In this document: piece by piece, positions 43,446 to 52,808 of the stretch | How positions within the stretch are numbered: position 1 is the first letter of the stretch | Layout of the letters: each line of letters opens with the position of its first letter | Origin: Methanocaldococcus sp. 16A | GTDB taxonomy: Archaea; AGJL01; Methanococci; Methanococcales; Methanocaldococcaceae | Direction: 5' to 3' (one strand) | NCBI GenBank assembly: GCA_049860595.1 | Contig: CP187551.1 | DNA length: 64,000 nt | Translations under genes and position numbers: made by a program | Notes under the pieces: generated by a model | What the model saw: only the letters and a program-made list of their open reading frames with translations | Database searches by the model: none | What the model was told of the DNA's origin: nothing

Positions 43446-44687
43446 TTATTTCAAAATCTCGTAAAACACTTTAGCCATCTTAATCAAATCCTCTATTTTA
43501 ATGTGCTCATTTGGTTGGTGAGCAGTTTCTTCTCCAATCCCCCAAACAGCTACTTTATAACCCTTATATCTCAAAAATGCCGCAACAGTTCCTCCACCCA
43601 TTCCGCAAAGCTTCGCCTCTCTATTTAAAACATTCTTTATAGCTTTTTTCAATTCATTAATAATCTCTGCATTTTCATCTGTATAGTTTGGATTCTCTGC
43701 TTTTAATATTTCATACTCTATTGTTGCCTCTATTGAGTTATCATAATACTTAAGATATTTTTTAAAGTCAAAGTTTTTAATAAAATCTTCTATAAACTCT
43801 AAAACTTCATCCATTTTATAATTTGGCAGAATTCTGCAGTCAAAAACAACTTCAACATATCCTGGAATTGTATTAGGATTCTCAACTTTATTTTTTAATA
43901 TCGTTGGTTCAAAGGTTGAATACTCTGGCAAAAATATTGGATTAATTTTGTTAAATGTTTTGTATAAATTGTTGTATAACTCATTTGCAAAGTTAAAAGC
44001 AACTATATCAGCATTTAACCCATTTTCAGGTGTGCTACCATGACACTGCTTTCCTCTAATCTTAAATTTTATCCATAAAATGCCCTTCTCTCCAATCTCT
44101 ACAAATTCTCCAGTTGGTGTTCCAAAATCTGGAACTATAATTAAATCATCTTTTTTAAATATCTCATCCTCAAAGTTATCCAATAGATATTTTAAGCCAT
44201 ATTCACTTCCATCCTCTTCATCAGAGACAAAAACTAATGATAAATTGTATTTTGGCTTAATATTATTTTCAAAAATCATTTTTAATAATAGTAGAGAAGA
44301 AACTATTCCTTTATGGTTGTCCTCTGCTCCTCTTCCATAAATTTTTCCATCTTTAATAACTGGTTCATAAGGATTTGTATCCCACAAACTAATATCTCCT
44401 TCTGGAACAGTATCTAAATGAGAAATAATATGTAATGTCTTATCTCTATTGAAATCTATTTTAAAAACTATATTTGGTCTTTCAATACTGTATTTGTCAA
44501 TTACATTGTATTCTTTTAGAGTATAATTTTTTATATTATATTTTTTAACATATTCCATTAATTTGTTTTTAACATATTCTGCTTTTTCTTTCTCTCCATT
44601 TCCTCCAAATGAAGGATTAACTGAATTGATTTTTATTAAATCACTCTCTAACTTTATGGCTTCTTCTTTTAATTTCATAAACATCAT
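43446..44687 (-). CDS. M20 family metallo-hydrolase (DapE/ArgE-like)
   Basis: SHLDTVP.G, YGRG.EDN, DEE, G.Q.HGS and AHQPNEH motifs. Confidence 0.88.
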   Translation of the reverse strand: MMFMKLKEEAIKLESDLIKINSVNPSFGGNGEKEKAEYVKNKLMEYVKKYNIKNYTLKEYNVIDKYSIERPNIVFKIDFNRDKTLHIISHLDTVPEGDISLWDTNPYEPVIKDGKIYGRGAEDNHKGIVSSLLLLKMIFENNIKPKYNLSLVFVSDEEDGSEYGLKYLLDNFEDEIFKKDDLIIVPDFGTPTGEFVEIGEKGILWIKFKIRGKQCHGSTPENGLNADIVAFNFANELYNNLYKTFNKINPIFLPEYSTFEPTILKNKVENPNTIPGYVEVVFDCRILPNYKMDEVLEFIEDFIKNFDFKKYLKYYDNSIEATIEYEILKAENPNYTDENAEIINELKKAIKNVLNREAKLCGMGGGTVAAFLRYKGYKVAVWGIGEETAHQPNEHIKIEDLIKMAKVFYEILK

Positions 44688-44769
44688 CTCATTAAACTGT
44701 GTTAATTAAGATTGTTAATTATTTAATTATATAATTTCAAATTTTTTAAAAAATTAAGTAAGAAAAAAC

Positions 44770-44801
44770 TTTATATATTTTTTGTTCTATATAACGAACA
44801 A
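44770..44801 (+). promoter_or_regulatory. TATA box followed by a palindromic operator upstream of the XRE regulator
   Basis: TTTATATA (44770-44777), then TTGTTC-N8-GAACAA (44782-44801). Confidence 0.6.
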
Positions 44802-44823
44802 TATATACAAAATGTGTGATATA

Positions 44824-45369
44824 ATGAACAACAACATCTCAAAAATTATTGGAGATAAAATATCAAAATTAAGAAAAGAGAGGGGAATATCGTTATCTAA
44901 ACTCGCAGAACTTGCTAAAATCTCAAAATCAACGTTATCAAGCATAGAATCTGGAAATGCAAATCCAACAATTTCAACACTATGGGCAATAGCAGATGCG
45001 TTAAATGTTCCTTTTGGAGAGTTGCTACCAAAAGAGTTTAATGAGGTTGATGAATCTGGGATTACTGTTAAACTCATAGAGCAATCCGAAGGAAAACCAA
45101 AAATTGAAGTTTATTTAATGAAATTAAAGCCAAATAGCATTAGAGAAGCAAAACCCCATAAAAAAGGAGTTATTGAGAAGGTTTTGGTTATTAAGGGAAA
45201 GATGATTACTGGCTCTAAAAGTTCTCCAAAATGTTTGAAAGTTGGAGAGGAGATTGAATTTTGTGGGGATGTTCCACATATCTATAAGGCATTGGATGAG
45301 GAAGTTTCAGCAATTGTTGTATTATATTATTTTCCTATGGAAATTGTGAAAATTAAAAATTTATTTTAG
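44824..45369 (+). CDS. XRE-family HTH plus cupin transcriptional regulator
   Basis: LRKERGISLSKLAE...SKSTLS.IE.G..NPTISTLW HTH; C-terminal cupin (PH..G..E, D.PH.Y). Confidence 0.88.
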   Translation: MNNNISKIIGDKISKLRKERGISLSKLAELAKISKSTLSSIESGNANPTISTLWAIADALNVPFGELLPKEFNEVDESGITVKLIEQSEGKPKIEVYLMKLKPNSIREAKPHKKGVIEKVLVIKGKMITGSKSSPKCLKVGEEIEFCGDVPHIYKALDEEVSAIVVLYYFPMEIVKIKNLF

Positions 45370-45378
45370 GTTGAAAAT

Positions 45379-46029
45379 ATGTTTAAAAGAGGGTTAATTA
45401 GGAGTTTTCCAATAGCTATTGGTTATTTACCAGTTGCCATTACTTTTGGTGTCTCTGCATTAGCTTTAGGGTTTAGTAAGGTTGAGGTATTTTTAATCTC
45501 TGCTTTAATCTTCGCAGGAGCGAGTCAGTTTGCTTTAATTTCTCTATTGCCTTATTCAGTTATTGATGCAGTATCTGTTGCCTTAATTTTAAATTTAAGA
45601 CATATAATTTATTCCTATATAATTTCCCAGAAGTTTGAGTTAAAAAAGCCATTTATAACTGCATTTGGACTGACAGATGAAGTTTTTGCCTCTTCTATAG
45701 CCTCAGAGGAAATGGATGAAAAATATATATTAGGTTTGGAGGTTGGGAGTTATTTATCGTGGATTTTAGGAACATTAGTGGGAATTTTTGGAGGCTATAT
45801 ATTATTATCCAATGAAATTCTCTATCCTTCATTATTATTTTCATTAACAGCATTGTATTTTATCTTATTAGTTCCAAATCTTAAAAAATTAGGTTTATCT
45901 GCAATACTTGGAGGAGTGATTGCGTTGGTGTTTTATTATTTTGGTTATCCATCAATTGGCATATTGGTTGCAGGTATTTTAAGCCCGTTGGTAGTGTTAA
46001 AAATAAAAAATAAGAATGGGATAACATGA
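45379..46029 (+). CDS. azlC: AzlC family branched-chain amino acid exporter subunit
   Basis: FAGASQF, NLRH and FGLTDEVF motifs. Confidence 0.9.
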   Translation: MFKRGLIRSFPIAIGYLPVAITFGVSALALGFSKVEVFLISALIFAGASQFALISLLPYSVIDAVSVALILNLRHIIYSYIISQKFELKKPFITAFGLTDEVFASSIASEEMDEKYILGLEVGSYLSWILGTLVGIFGGYILLSNEILYPSLLFSLTALYFILLVPNLKKLGLSAILGGVIALVFYYFGYPSIGILVAGILSPLVVLKIKNKNGIT

Positions 46030-46343
46030 AACATTATTTAGCAATATTGGTTGTCTCAATTGGGACATATTTAATGAGATTGTTGCCAATAATATTTAAT
46101 ACACGATTTAAAAAATTAAAAGGTGTGAATGAATTTTTTGCTTATTCATCATCTGCCATTATCTCTGCACTTTTTGTTACTTCGTTAGTGTCTTTTCCAA
46201 TTAAGTTGGAGAGTTTAAGTGTAAATATAATTGCTCTAATATTTGTATTCCTATCATATAAAAAATGGAAAAATTTTGGAATTTCAATATTAATTGGAGT
46301 TGTTGTTCATTTAGTACTAAATATAACTTTAGCAAAATGTTGA
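46026..46343 (+). CDS. azlD: AzlD domain protein
   Basis: TYLMRLLP motif; small hydrophobic protein; ATGA overlap with azlC. Confidence 0.85.
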   Translation: MKHYLAILVVSIGTYLMRLLPIIFNTRFKKLKGVNEFFAYSSSAIISALFVTSLVSFPIKLESLSVNIIALIFVFLSYKKWKNFGISILIGVVVHLVLNITLAKC

Positions 46344-46532
46344 GAGAATTTTTTAGTTTAAGATACTATATTTCAACTTAATTTCAACTTATGATTAATC
46401 TTTTTTAGTAATCTACCATTAATTTAAATTTATCAGGAAAGATATTACCCAACATGGATATTTGTCTATAATCGTCCATGTAGGACAGATTCCTATCTTT
46501 AACCATTTTCTCTTTTCACAAACTTTTTACCT

Positions 46533-47588
46533 TTAAAATATTTTGAGATATAATGTTAAAGCTACCAAGTGCATTATATAAATTAACATTCCAATTAATA
46601 AAAACCTTACTACACCAACTTCCCTATTAGATAATCTTAACGTTATCAAATTTGCAAATGAAGATATTAAAGTTCCATTCCCACCAACATTTACACCATA
46701 AGCTATTGGAAGCCAATTATCGTAGATATTTGAGAGAAGAACAGTTGTTGGTACATTAGAGATAATTTGGGATAATAATGATGAATAAACCATTAACATC
46801 ACATCATCTCCTCTTATATGAAACAAATTTATTATATCTAATTTTTTAATCCCATAAACATCTATAAATAAAAAGATGAATGTTAATAAAAACAAATAAT
46901 CAATTTTTGGTTTTTTAATTAAAATAATTGCCAAAATTATTGGAAATAAATAAATGAAGTTTAAAAATCCAAAGATGCAGAGTAAAATCAGCATAAAGAT
47001 TATAAGATAAATTATCCACTCTTTTTTAAACTCAATCTCGACATTTATCTTACAATTATATTTTTTAAACTCTATAAATGGCAAAATAATTAAGATTCCA
47101 AGAATTTCAAAAGGAATCATATTTTTTATAAATTCAAAAGCCTCTATATTATAAAAATGATATAAAAATAGATTTTGAGGATTGCCTATTGGAGTTAAAC
47201 TACTCCCAATATTTGCAGATACTCCTTCAAATATTATAAGTTTTTCAAGGTCTTTTTTGTTAGCTTCTATATATTTAAATAAAATTAATGTGAGAGGAAT
47301 TATAACAAACAAAACAACATCATTTGTTATTATCATTGACAAAATTAATGTTAAGGTTATTAAAGTAATAAATACTCTACTTGAATGTTTTATAACAATC
47401 AAAGAAACATAATCTAAAAATTTTGAATCTTTTAGAACATTTACAATAACCATTAAATAAAACAAAGATATTATAGTTTTCCATTCTATTACATGGATAG
47501 CTTCAGATAAGCTAACTACAAATATTAGCATTAGAATGCCCACAAATATAAAAATTAAAAATATAAATGTATCAACTCTCATACACAT
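46533..47588 (-). CDS. ArsB/NhaD/CitMHS-type anion permease
   Basis: ITND, ANIGSSLTPIGNPQN, SQ.ISNVP and GGNGTLISSFAN motifs. Confidence 0.85.
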   Translation of the reverse strand: MCMRVDTFIFLIFIFVGILMLIFVVSLSEAIHVIEWKTIISLFYLMVIVNVLKDSKFLDYVSLIVIKHSSRVFITLITLTLILSMIITNDVVLFVIIPLTLILFKYIEANKKDLEKLIIFEGVSANIGSSLTPIGNPQNLFLYHFYNIEAFEFIKNMIPFEILGILIILPFIEFKKYNCKINVEIEFKKEWIIYLIIFMLILLCIFGFLNFIYLFPIILAIILIKKPKIDYLFLLTFIFLFIDVYGIKKLDIINLFHIRGDDVMLMVYSSLLSQIISNVPTTVLLSNIYDNWLPIAYGVNVGGNGTLISSFANLITLRLSNREVGVVRFLLIGMLIYIMHLVALTLYLKIF

Positions 47589-47597
47589 CCCAACTAT

Positions 47598-48191
47598 GTG
47601 GTGTTGATTATGAAATGCTCCAAATGTATTAAAAAACTTTGCTATGCTGGAAAAAACTGTAAAAAGGATATAACAAAAAAAATTTTAGATGAATATAAAA
47701 AAGAAGACAATTTAAAAATAGCTAAAGTTTCTTCTTATATAGAGGCTACATATTACATGAAAAAAACGAGGTTGGAAGAGATTATAGAATTCTGCAAACT
47801 TATGGATTATAAAAAGATAGGTATTGCTTTTTGTATTGGTTTAGAGAACGAAGCAAAAATATTAGATGAAATATTGGCTCAACATTTTGACACCTATTCT
47901 GTTTGTTGCAAAGTTTGTGGAATTGATAAAGATGTTTTAAAGTTGAAAAAAATTAACAATAATAACAAAGAGGCAATGTGTAATCCTATAGCCCAGGCAG
48001 AAATTTTAAATGAGATTGGAACTGATTTAAATATTATTGTTGGTTTATGTATAGGACATGATATTCTATTCCAAAAATATTCAAAAGCTCCAACGACTAC
48101 ATTTATTGTTAAAGATAGAGTTTTATCTCACAATACAGCTGGGACAATTTATAGCAAATACTACCTAAAAAAGCTTAAAGTGATAAAATGA
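47598..48191 (+). CDS. DUF1847 Cys-rich metal-binding protein
   Basis: TRLEE, GIAFCIGL, CCKVCG, MCNPI.QA and GLCIGHD motifs. Confidence 0.85.
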   Translation: MVLIMKCSKCIKKLCYAGKNCKKDITKKILDEYKKEDNLKIAKVSSYIEATYYMKKTRLEEIIEFCKLMDYKKIGIAFCIGLENEAKILDEILAQHFDTYSVCCKVCGIDKDVLKLKKINNNNKEAMCNPIAQAEILNEIGTDLNIIVGLCIGHDILFQKYSKAPTTTFIVKDRVLSHNTAGTIYSKYYLKKLKVIK

Positions 48192-49177
48192 AAGATTTAA
48201 GACCAATAATATGGGATGATGATAAAAAAGAGCTAATTTTAATAGACCAAAGGAAGCTTCCAAACAAATTGGAGTATTTTATCTGCAAAAATTATGAAGA
48301 TGTTGCATTTGCCATAAAGGATATGGTTGTTAGAGGAGCTCCTGCTATTGGTGTCTCTGCAGCTTATGGATTGGCTTTAGCTGAAATTAGAGGAGATGAT
48401 ATTTCTAAGGCATACAACATCTTAAAGAATACAAGACCTACTGCAGTTAATCTATTTTGGGCATTGGATAGATGCTTAGAAGCTTACAAAAAAGGAAAAT
48501 CAATCTTAGATGAAGCTAAGAAAATTCATGAGGAAGATATAGAAACCTGCAGAAAAATTGGAATGATTGGAGAGAAACTTATAGAAGATGGAGATACTAT
48601 CTTAACCCACTGCAATGCTGGAGCTTTAGCTACATCTGCCTATGGAACTGCTTTAAGTGTTATTAGATTTGCCTTCTACAATGGAAAAAAGATTAGAGTT
48701 ATAGCTGATGAAACAAGACCAAGATTGCAAGGAGCTAAGCTAACCGCTTTTGAGTTAAGTTATGAAGGTATTCCTGTTAAGGTTATAACAGATAATACCG
48801 CTGGCTTTTTAATGCAAAAGGGAGAGATTGATAAAATTATAGTTGGGGCAGATAGAATCTTGGCAGACGGAACTGTATATAACAAAATTGGAACCTATAG
48901 TTTGGCAGTTTTAGCTAAATATCATGGAATTCCTTTCTATGTAGCTGCTCCTTTATCAACGTTTGATTTAAAAAGTAATGAAGAAGATGTTATTATTGAA
49001 GAGAGGGACGAGAAAGAAGTAGCATATATTGATGGAGTTAGAATAATTCCTGAAGGTGTTGGTTGCTATAACTATGCATTTGATAAAACTCCTCCTGAGC
49101 TAATAACTGCAATTATAACTGAAAAAGGAATAGTAAAACCAAATAAAGACGAAATTATAGGACTTTTGCAGAAATAA
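48188..49177 (+). CDS. mtnA: S-methyl-5-thioribose-1-phosphate isomerase
   Basis: M.VRGAPAIG, TRPTAVNL, THCNAGALAT, ETRP.LQG and NKIGTY motifs. Confidence 0.93.
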   Translation: MKDLRPIIWDDDKKELILIDQRKLPNKLEYFICKNYEDVAFAIKDMVVRGAPAIGVSAAYGLALAEIRGDDISKAYNILKNTRPTAVNLFWALDRCLEAYKKGKSILDEAKKIHEEDIETCRKIGMIGEKLIEDGDTILTHCNAGALATSAYGTALSVIRFAFYNGKKIRVIADETRPRLQGAKLTAFELSYEGIPVKVITDNTAGFLMQKGEIDKIIVGADRILADGTVYNKIGTYSLAVLAKYHGIPFYVAAPLSTFDLKSNEEDVIIEERDEKEVAYIDGVRIIPEGVGCYNYAFDKTPPELITAIITEKGIVKPNKDEIIGLLQK

Positions 49178-49225
49178 GTTTTTTAAATCATATATTATGC
49201 TTTTGGAATCAATAAAACTTTTCAG
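49158..49225. repeat. Degenerate MJRE-like family-1 copy overlapping the mtnA 3' end
   Basis: TAGGACTTTTGCAGAAATAA forms the last codons and stop of mtnA. Confidence 0.6.
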
Positions 49226-49234
49226 GTAGAGAGT

Positions 49235-49549
49235 ATGGTATGTATTGATAAAATGAACTATGAAATTCTATACAAAGGAGGATTTAAGGACTGTGCAGAA
49301 TTTATAAGAAAAAATTTTAAAAACGTTAGAGAGATGAACGCAGGAGATGAAATTTTTAAAGGAGTTTTCTTAATTGGACTTCCACCAATTCCTGTAGCAT
49401 ATGAGGATAATTATATAATATTCCCTTATACAAAACCATGTCATGGAACTTTTGTTTTAAAAATAAACCTTGAAGAGATAAAAGAAGAGGAAAAAGAAGA
49501 AACTGAGAAAAATAAAAAGAGTTTATTATCAAAACTAAAATTCTGGTGA
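49235..49549 (+). CDS. DUF1894 family protein
   Basis: IGLPPIPV and PYTKPC.GTF motifs. Confidence 0.75.
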   Translation: MVCIDKMNYEILYKGGFKDCAEFIRKNFKNVREMNAGDEIFKGVFLIGLPPIPVAYEDNYIIFPYTKPCHGTFVLKINLEEIKEEEKEETEKNKKSLLSKLKFW

Positions 49550-49553
49550 AAAC

Positions 49554-50012
49554 ATGAATATATTAGTTATAGTTGGATGTCCTGAACCACCAGCATTAAT
49601 TCCTTCTGTTTTATATTTAATAAACCAATTGAAAAAAAGAGGAGATAATGTTATTATAGCTGCAAATCACGCAGCAATAAAGCTTTTAGAGGTTGCTGAT
49701 GATGATAAACACTATTTAAAAGGTGTTGGAGCAGTAGGTATTGATGATGGCATAACTGGAATAGAAGGAATTGATAAAATAATTGCCTTTGTCCATAATG
49801 ATGGAGGAGTTAGCTATACAGTAACATACAAAACCAAATATAACAAAGACACTTATGCCATTGTCTTTGGAAAACAAATAAATAAAGATTACGTTGAAAC
49901 TCTAAAAAACAATAATATAGAGGTTTATACTGCGAGAGCTTTCCATAATCCAATGCCAATTGTAAATAAAATAAAAGAGCTATTGATGAACATAGAACTT
50001 CCAAAAGAATAG
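49554..50012 (+). CDS. DUF1890 family protein
   Basis: GCPE.P, LLEVAD, FVHND.G and A.AFHNP.P motifs. Confidence 0.75.
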   Translation: MNILVIVGCPEPPALIPSVLYLINQLKKRGDNVIIAANHAAIKLLEVADDDKHYLKGVGAVGIDDGITGIEGIDKIIAFVHNDGGVSYTVTYKTKYNKDTYAIVFGKQINKDYVETLKNNNIEVYTARAFHNPMPIVNKIKELLMNIELPKE

Positions 50013-50046
50013 ATTCTTATTACTATTATATCATTTTTTATTATTT

Positions 50047-50724
50047 TTAAACCATTTTAACAACCTTTAAAAATTCATCTACTTTTTTTAAATCCTTCTT
50101 TCCTCCATAAGATTCTAATGAGGAAGATACATCTATAGCGTAAGGTTTAACTGTCTTTATTGCCTCTAATACATTATCCTTATTCAAACCACCTGCTAAA
50201 ATTAAAGGTTTTTCTAAAGATTCTTTCAATTTTTTAGATACTGCCCAATTATGAATCTTCCCTTCAAATTTTATATTTTCTATTTTTGTATCTACCAAAA
50301 TTGCATCAACATATTTTTCATATTCTTTAGCAGTATTTAATAAAGATTTAAAATCTATCTCTTCATCTTTAGGTATGTGGATAACTTTAATTATATCAGC
50401 ATTTAATTTTCCATTATTTTTTAGATTTCTTATCTCTTTAACAAAATCTAAGCTCTCAAATCCATGTAGCTGTATAGCATTTGGTTTTAAATTTTTGTAT
50501 ATTTCTAAAACCTCCCTTATATCATTTGGCATTAATACAGAGACTAATGATGTAAATGGAGCAATATATTTTTTTAACTCTATAGCTTTATCCAACGATA
50601 TTTTTCTTGGAGTTTTTACAGGGACATCTATTATAACTCCAACAGCATGAACCCTTTTTGATATATATGCCATATCTTCTTCATTAGTGATTCCACAAAT
50701 TTTTACCTTAACCAAATTTTTCAC
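50047..50724 (-). CDS. trpF: Phosphoribosylanthranilate isomerase
   Basis: VKICGIT, QLHG.E, LAGGL..NV and DVSS motifs. Confidence 0.93.
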   Translation of the reverse strand: MKNLVKVKICGITNEEDMAYISKRVHAVGVIIDVPVKTPRKISLDKAIELKKYIAPFTSLVSVLMPNDIREVLEIYKNLKPNAIQLHGFESLDFVKEIRNLKNNGKLNADIIKVIHIPKDEEIDFKSLLNTAKEYEKYVDAILVDTKIENIKFEGKIHNWAVSKKLKESLEKPLILAGGLNKDNVLEAIKTVKPYAIDVSSSLESYGGKKDLKKVDEFLKVVKMV

Positions 50725-51294
50725 CTAATTTATATTATTTGGGACTTTATTTACTTTCTTTAACTTAAGTTTGTTATTATTTTCTTTTTTATCATCATTT
50801 GAATCTGTTTTTTGGATTTCTGATGATTTATTATTATTTTTTTCACCAATAACTTCGTCAATAATTTCCAATAAGTAATTTACAAGCTCTTTTAAAGTAG
50901 ATATAATTTCAGGAGTAACTTTTGTTATATCATCTTCTGTTATTACTCCCACAATTTTCCCTTCATCTACAATAAACAACTCTTTAGTTTTATATTTGTT
51001 CATAATTTTCAAAGCTTCATCAACCGTAGTGTCTGGTGGAATTGTAATTAACCTCTCTGAAGAGATTTCTTCTACTTTTATTTTATCTGGAAGTAACTTT
51101 TTAATCAATACTTTCTTTATTATATCTTTATCTGTAGCTACTTCAATACTCTCACAATTTGGTTTTCCACACACTACAAGAACACAGGGAATATTTTCTT
51201 TAACCATAAGTTTTGCAACATCATATACGGATACATCCCCACTAACTATTATTGGTTTCTTCATGATAAGTAAAACTGGAATATCCCCCACCAT
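50725..51294 (-). CDS. CBS domain pair protein
   Basis: Two CBS repeats (TV.EAL.IM...L.IVD.GK.VGVIT..DI). Confidence 0.85.
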   Translation of the reverse strand: MVGDIPVLLIMKKPIIVSGDVSVYDVAKLMVKENIPCVLVVCGKPNCESIEVATDKDIIKKVLIKKLLPDKIKVEEISSERLITIPPDTTVDEALKIMNKYKTKELFIVDEGKIVGVITEDDITKVTPEIISTLKELVNYLLEIIDEVIGEKNNNKSSEIQKTDSNDDKKENNNKLKLKKVNKVPNNIN

Positions 51295-51497
51295 TTTAAC
51301 TCCCCATCTATATTAAACTCTTAAACACTTTCTTAAATTTTAACTCTTTAGTTATTTTAATCTCTAATTATATTTATAATTTGGTATTATATCGGATAAC
51401 AAAAACTAACTTTTAAGATAGGATTTTTATTTAAATTGAAAATTATCAAAATAAAAACGTGTTTATGTATTTTTATATATTTAAATTATATCTACAA

Positions 51498-51516
51498 AAC
51501 CGAAAAGTTTATATAT
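51498..51516 (+). promoter_or_regulatory. BRE-TATA promoter of tRNA-Val
   Basis: AACCGAAAAGTTTATATAT about 35-50 nt upstream of the tRNA. Confidence 0.75.
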
Positions 51517-51550
51517 GAGTTATACATACTTTAATTTCGCTTGTGGTCGT

Positions 51551-51627
51551 GGGCTCGTGGTCTAGATGGCTATGATGCCGCCCTGACACGGCGGTGGTCG
51601 GGAGTTCGAATCTCCCCGAGCCCACCA
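51551..51627 (+). tRNA. tRNA-Val (GAC), CCA encoded
   Basis: Acceptor stem GGGCTCG/CGAGCCC; anticodon arm CCGCC-CTGACAC-GGCGG; T-loop GTTCGAAT; ends ACCA. Confidence 0.97.
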
Positions 51628-51668
51628 TTTTATTTTTGGACGGATGGATTGTTATATTTGAATTTTTT

Positions 51669-51849
51669 TGATGAAACTTTTTCTAAAAGCATAGAGGGAA
51701 ACCCTCTATTGCTATACACCACGTCCATTAAGTTGCCCCTAAAAGGGGCAATTAATGTCCATTATGAGGCATTGCTTCCTTTAGGAAGCAATGCATCTTG
51801 GGTATACCAATAGGGCGAAGCCCTATGGTGATGAAACTTTTTCTAAAAG
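51669..51849. mobile_element. 139-bp four-hairpin non-autonomous element (51690-51828) flanked by 21-bp direct repeats
   Basis: TGATGAAACTTTTTCTAAAAG at 51669-51689 and 51829-51849; terminal hairpins ATAGAGGG-AAA-CCCTCTAT and ATAGGGC-GAA-GCCCTAT. Confidence 0.7.
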
Positions 51850-51860
51850 TTTCGTTTGTA

Positions 51861-51892
51861 TTTCCTCGAGCCCATCATAATTTTATTTTGGA
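51861..51892 (+). repeat. Degenerate copy of the tRNA-Val 3' end and terminator (att-like scar)
   Basis: TTTCCTCGAGCCCATCATAATTTTATTTTGGA versus TCTCCCCGAGCCCACCATTTTATTTTTGGA (51611-51640). Confidence 0.6.
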
Positions 51893-51947
51893 AATTTTTA
51901 TTTATTATTTTAAATATTCAAATTCAATATTCAACAAAAATTAAAAA

Positions 51948-52799
51948 TTAATCTACAATATCCACATGAACATAAGCTTTCTCAATGTTATCTAAGCTTT
52001 CTAATCTATTTTTAACCTCTACCTCAATATCATGCATCTCTTTTGCTGAAATGTTTGAAGGAACTTCTACATGTAACTCAACATGAATCTTTGGTCCCAC
52101 ATAATGAGCTTTTATATCATGCACTCCAATAACTTTATCCACATTCAAAGCTTCTTTTTTAATAACTTCAAAGAAATTTTCAGATGGGGCTCTTCCAGTT
52201 AAATAGTGCATATTCGTTAGACATATATTAAAAGCTACTTTTGCTATCATAAAAGCCACTATTATCCCAGCTATAGCGTCTCCATAATAGATTCCAAATT
52301 TTTGCAATAACAACCCAATTAAAACTACAATACTACTTAAAGCGTCACTTCTATGATGATAGGCATCTGCTATTAAAACTTGGCTATTTAGCTTTTTTCC
52401 AACAAATAAAGAGTATTGAGTCATTAACTCTTTAACAACTATTGATAAAATAGCTACTACAACCATTATAGTATTTACCTCAATTACATCCCCATAAATA
52501 ATTCTTTCTACCGCAAACTTCCCAATCTCATATGCTGTGAAAAATAAAGCTAAACCAGTAAAAAAAGAGAATAGGCATTCAAATCTTGAATGTCCAAAAT
52601 GATGGGATTCATCTGCTGGCTTTGATGCTATCTTCACACCAATAATTGCTATAACACTTGTTATAACATCAGATAATGAATGTATCCCATCAGAAATTAA
52701 AGATATACTTGAATAAACATATCCTACTATTATTTTTATTGCTCCTAAAAGAATATTTCCAATAATACTCAAAATCAATGGCTTTTCAACCTCTCTCAT
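51948..52799 (-). CDS. Cation diffusion facilitator (FieF-like) transporter
   Basis: SDGIHSLSD, PAD..H.FGH.R.E and ADA.HHRSD motifs. Confidence 0.92.
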   Translation of the reverse strand: MREVEKPLILSIIGNILLGAIKIIVGYVYSSISLISDGIHSLSDVITSVIAIIGVKIASKPADESHHFGHSRFECLFSFFTGLALFFTAYEIGKFAVERIIYGDVIEVNTIMVVVAILSIVVKELMTQYSLFVGKKLNSQVLIADAYHHRSDALSSIVVLIGLLLQKFGIYYGDAIAGIIVAFMIAKVAFNICLTNMHYLTGRAPSENFFEVIKKEALNVDKVIGVHDIKAHYVGPKIHVELHVEVPSNISAKEMHDIEVEVKNRLESLDNIEKAYVHVDIVD

Positions 52800-52808
52800 A
52801 ATCAGCCC

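Noticed and set aside
46405-46506. 33-codon minus-strand ORF downstream of the anion permease
   Set aside because: No recognisable motif or strong SD; may be a gene relic but cannot be supported from sequence alone.
51541-51813. 90-aa ORF sharing the peptide LPLGSNAS with the extended ORF 42510-42755
   Set aside because: It reads through the tRNA and the palindromic repeat; the shared peptide is a repeat artefact.
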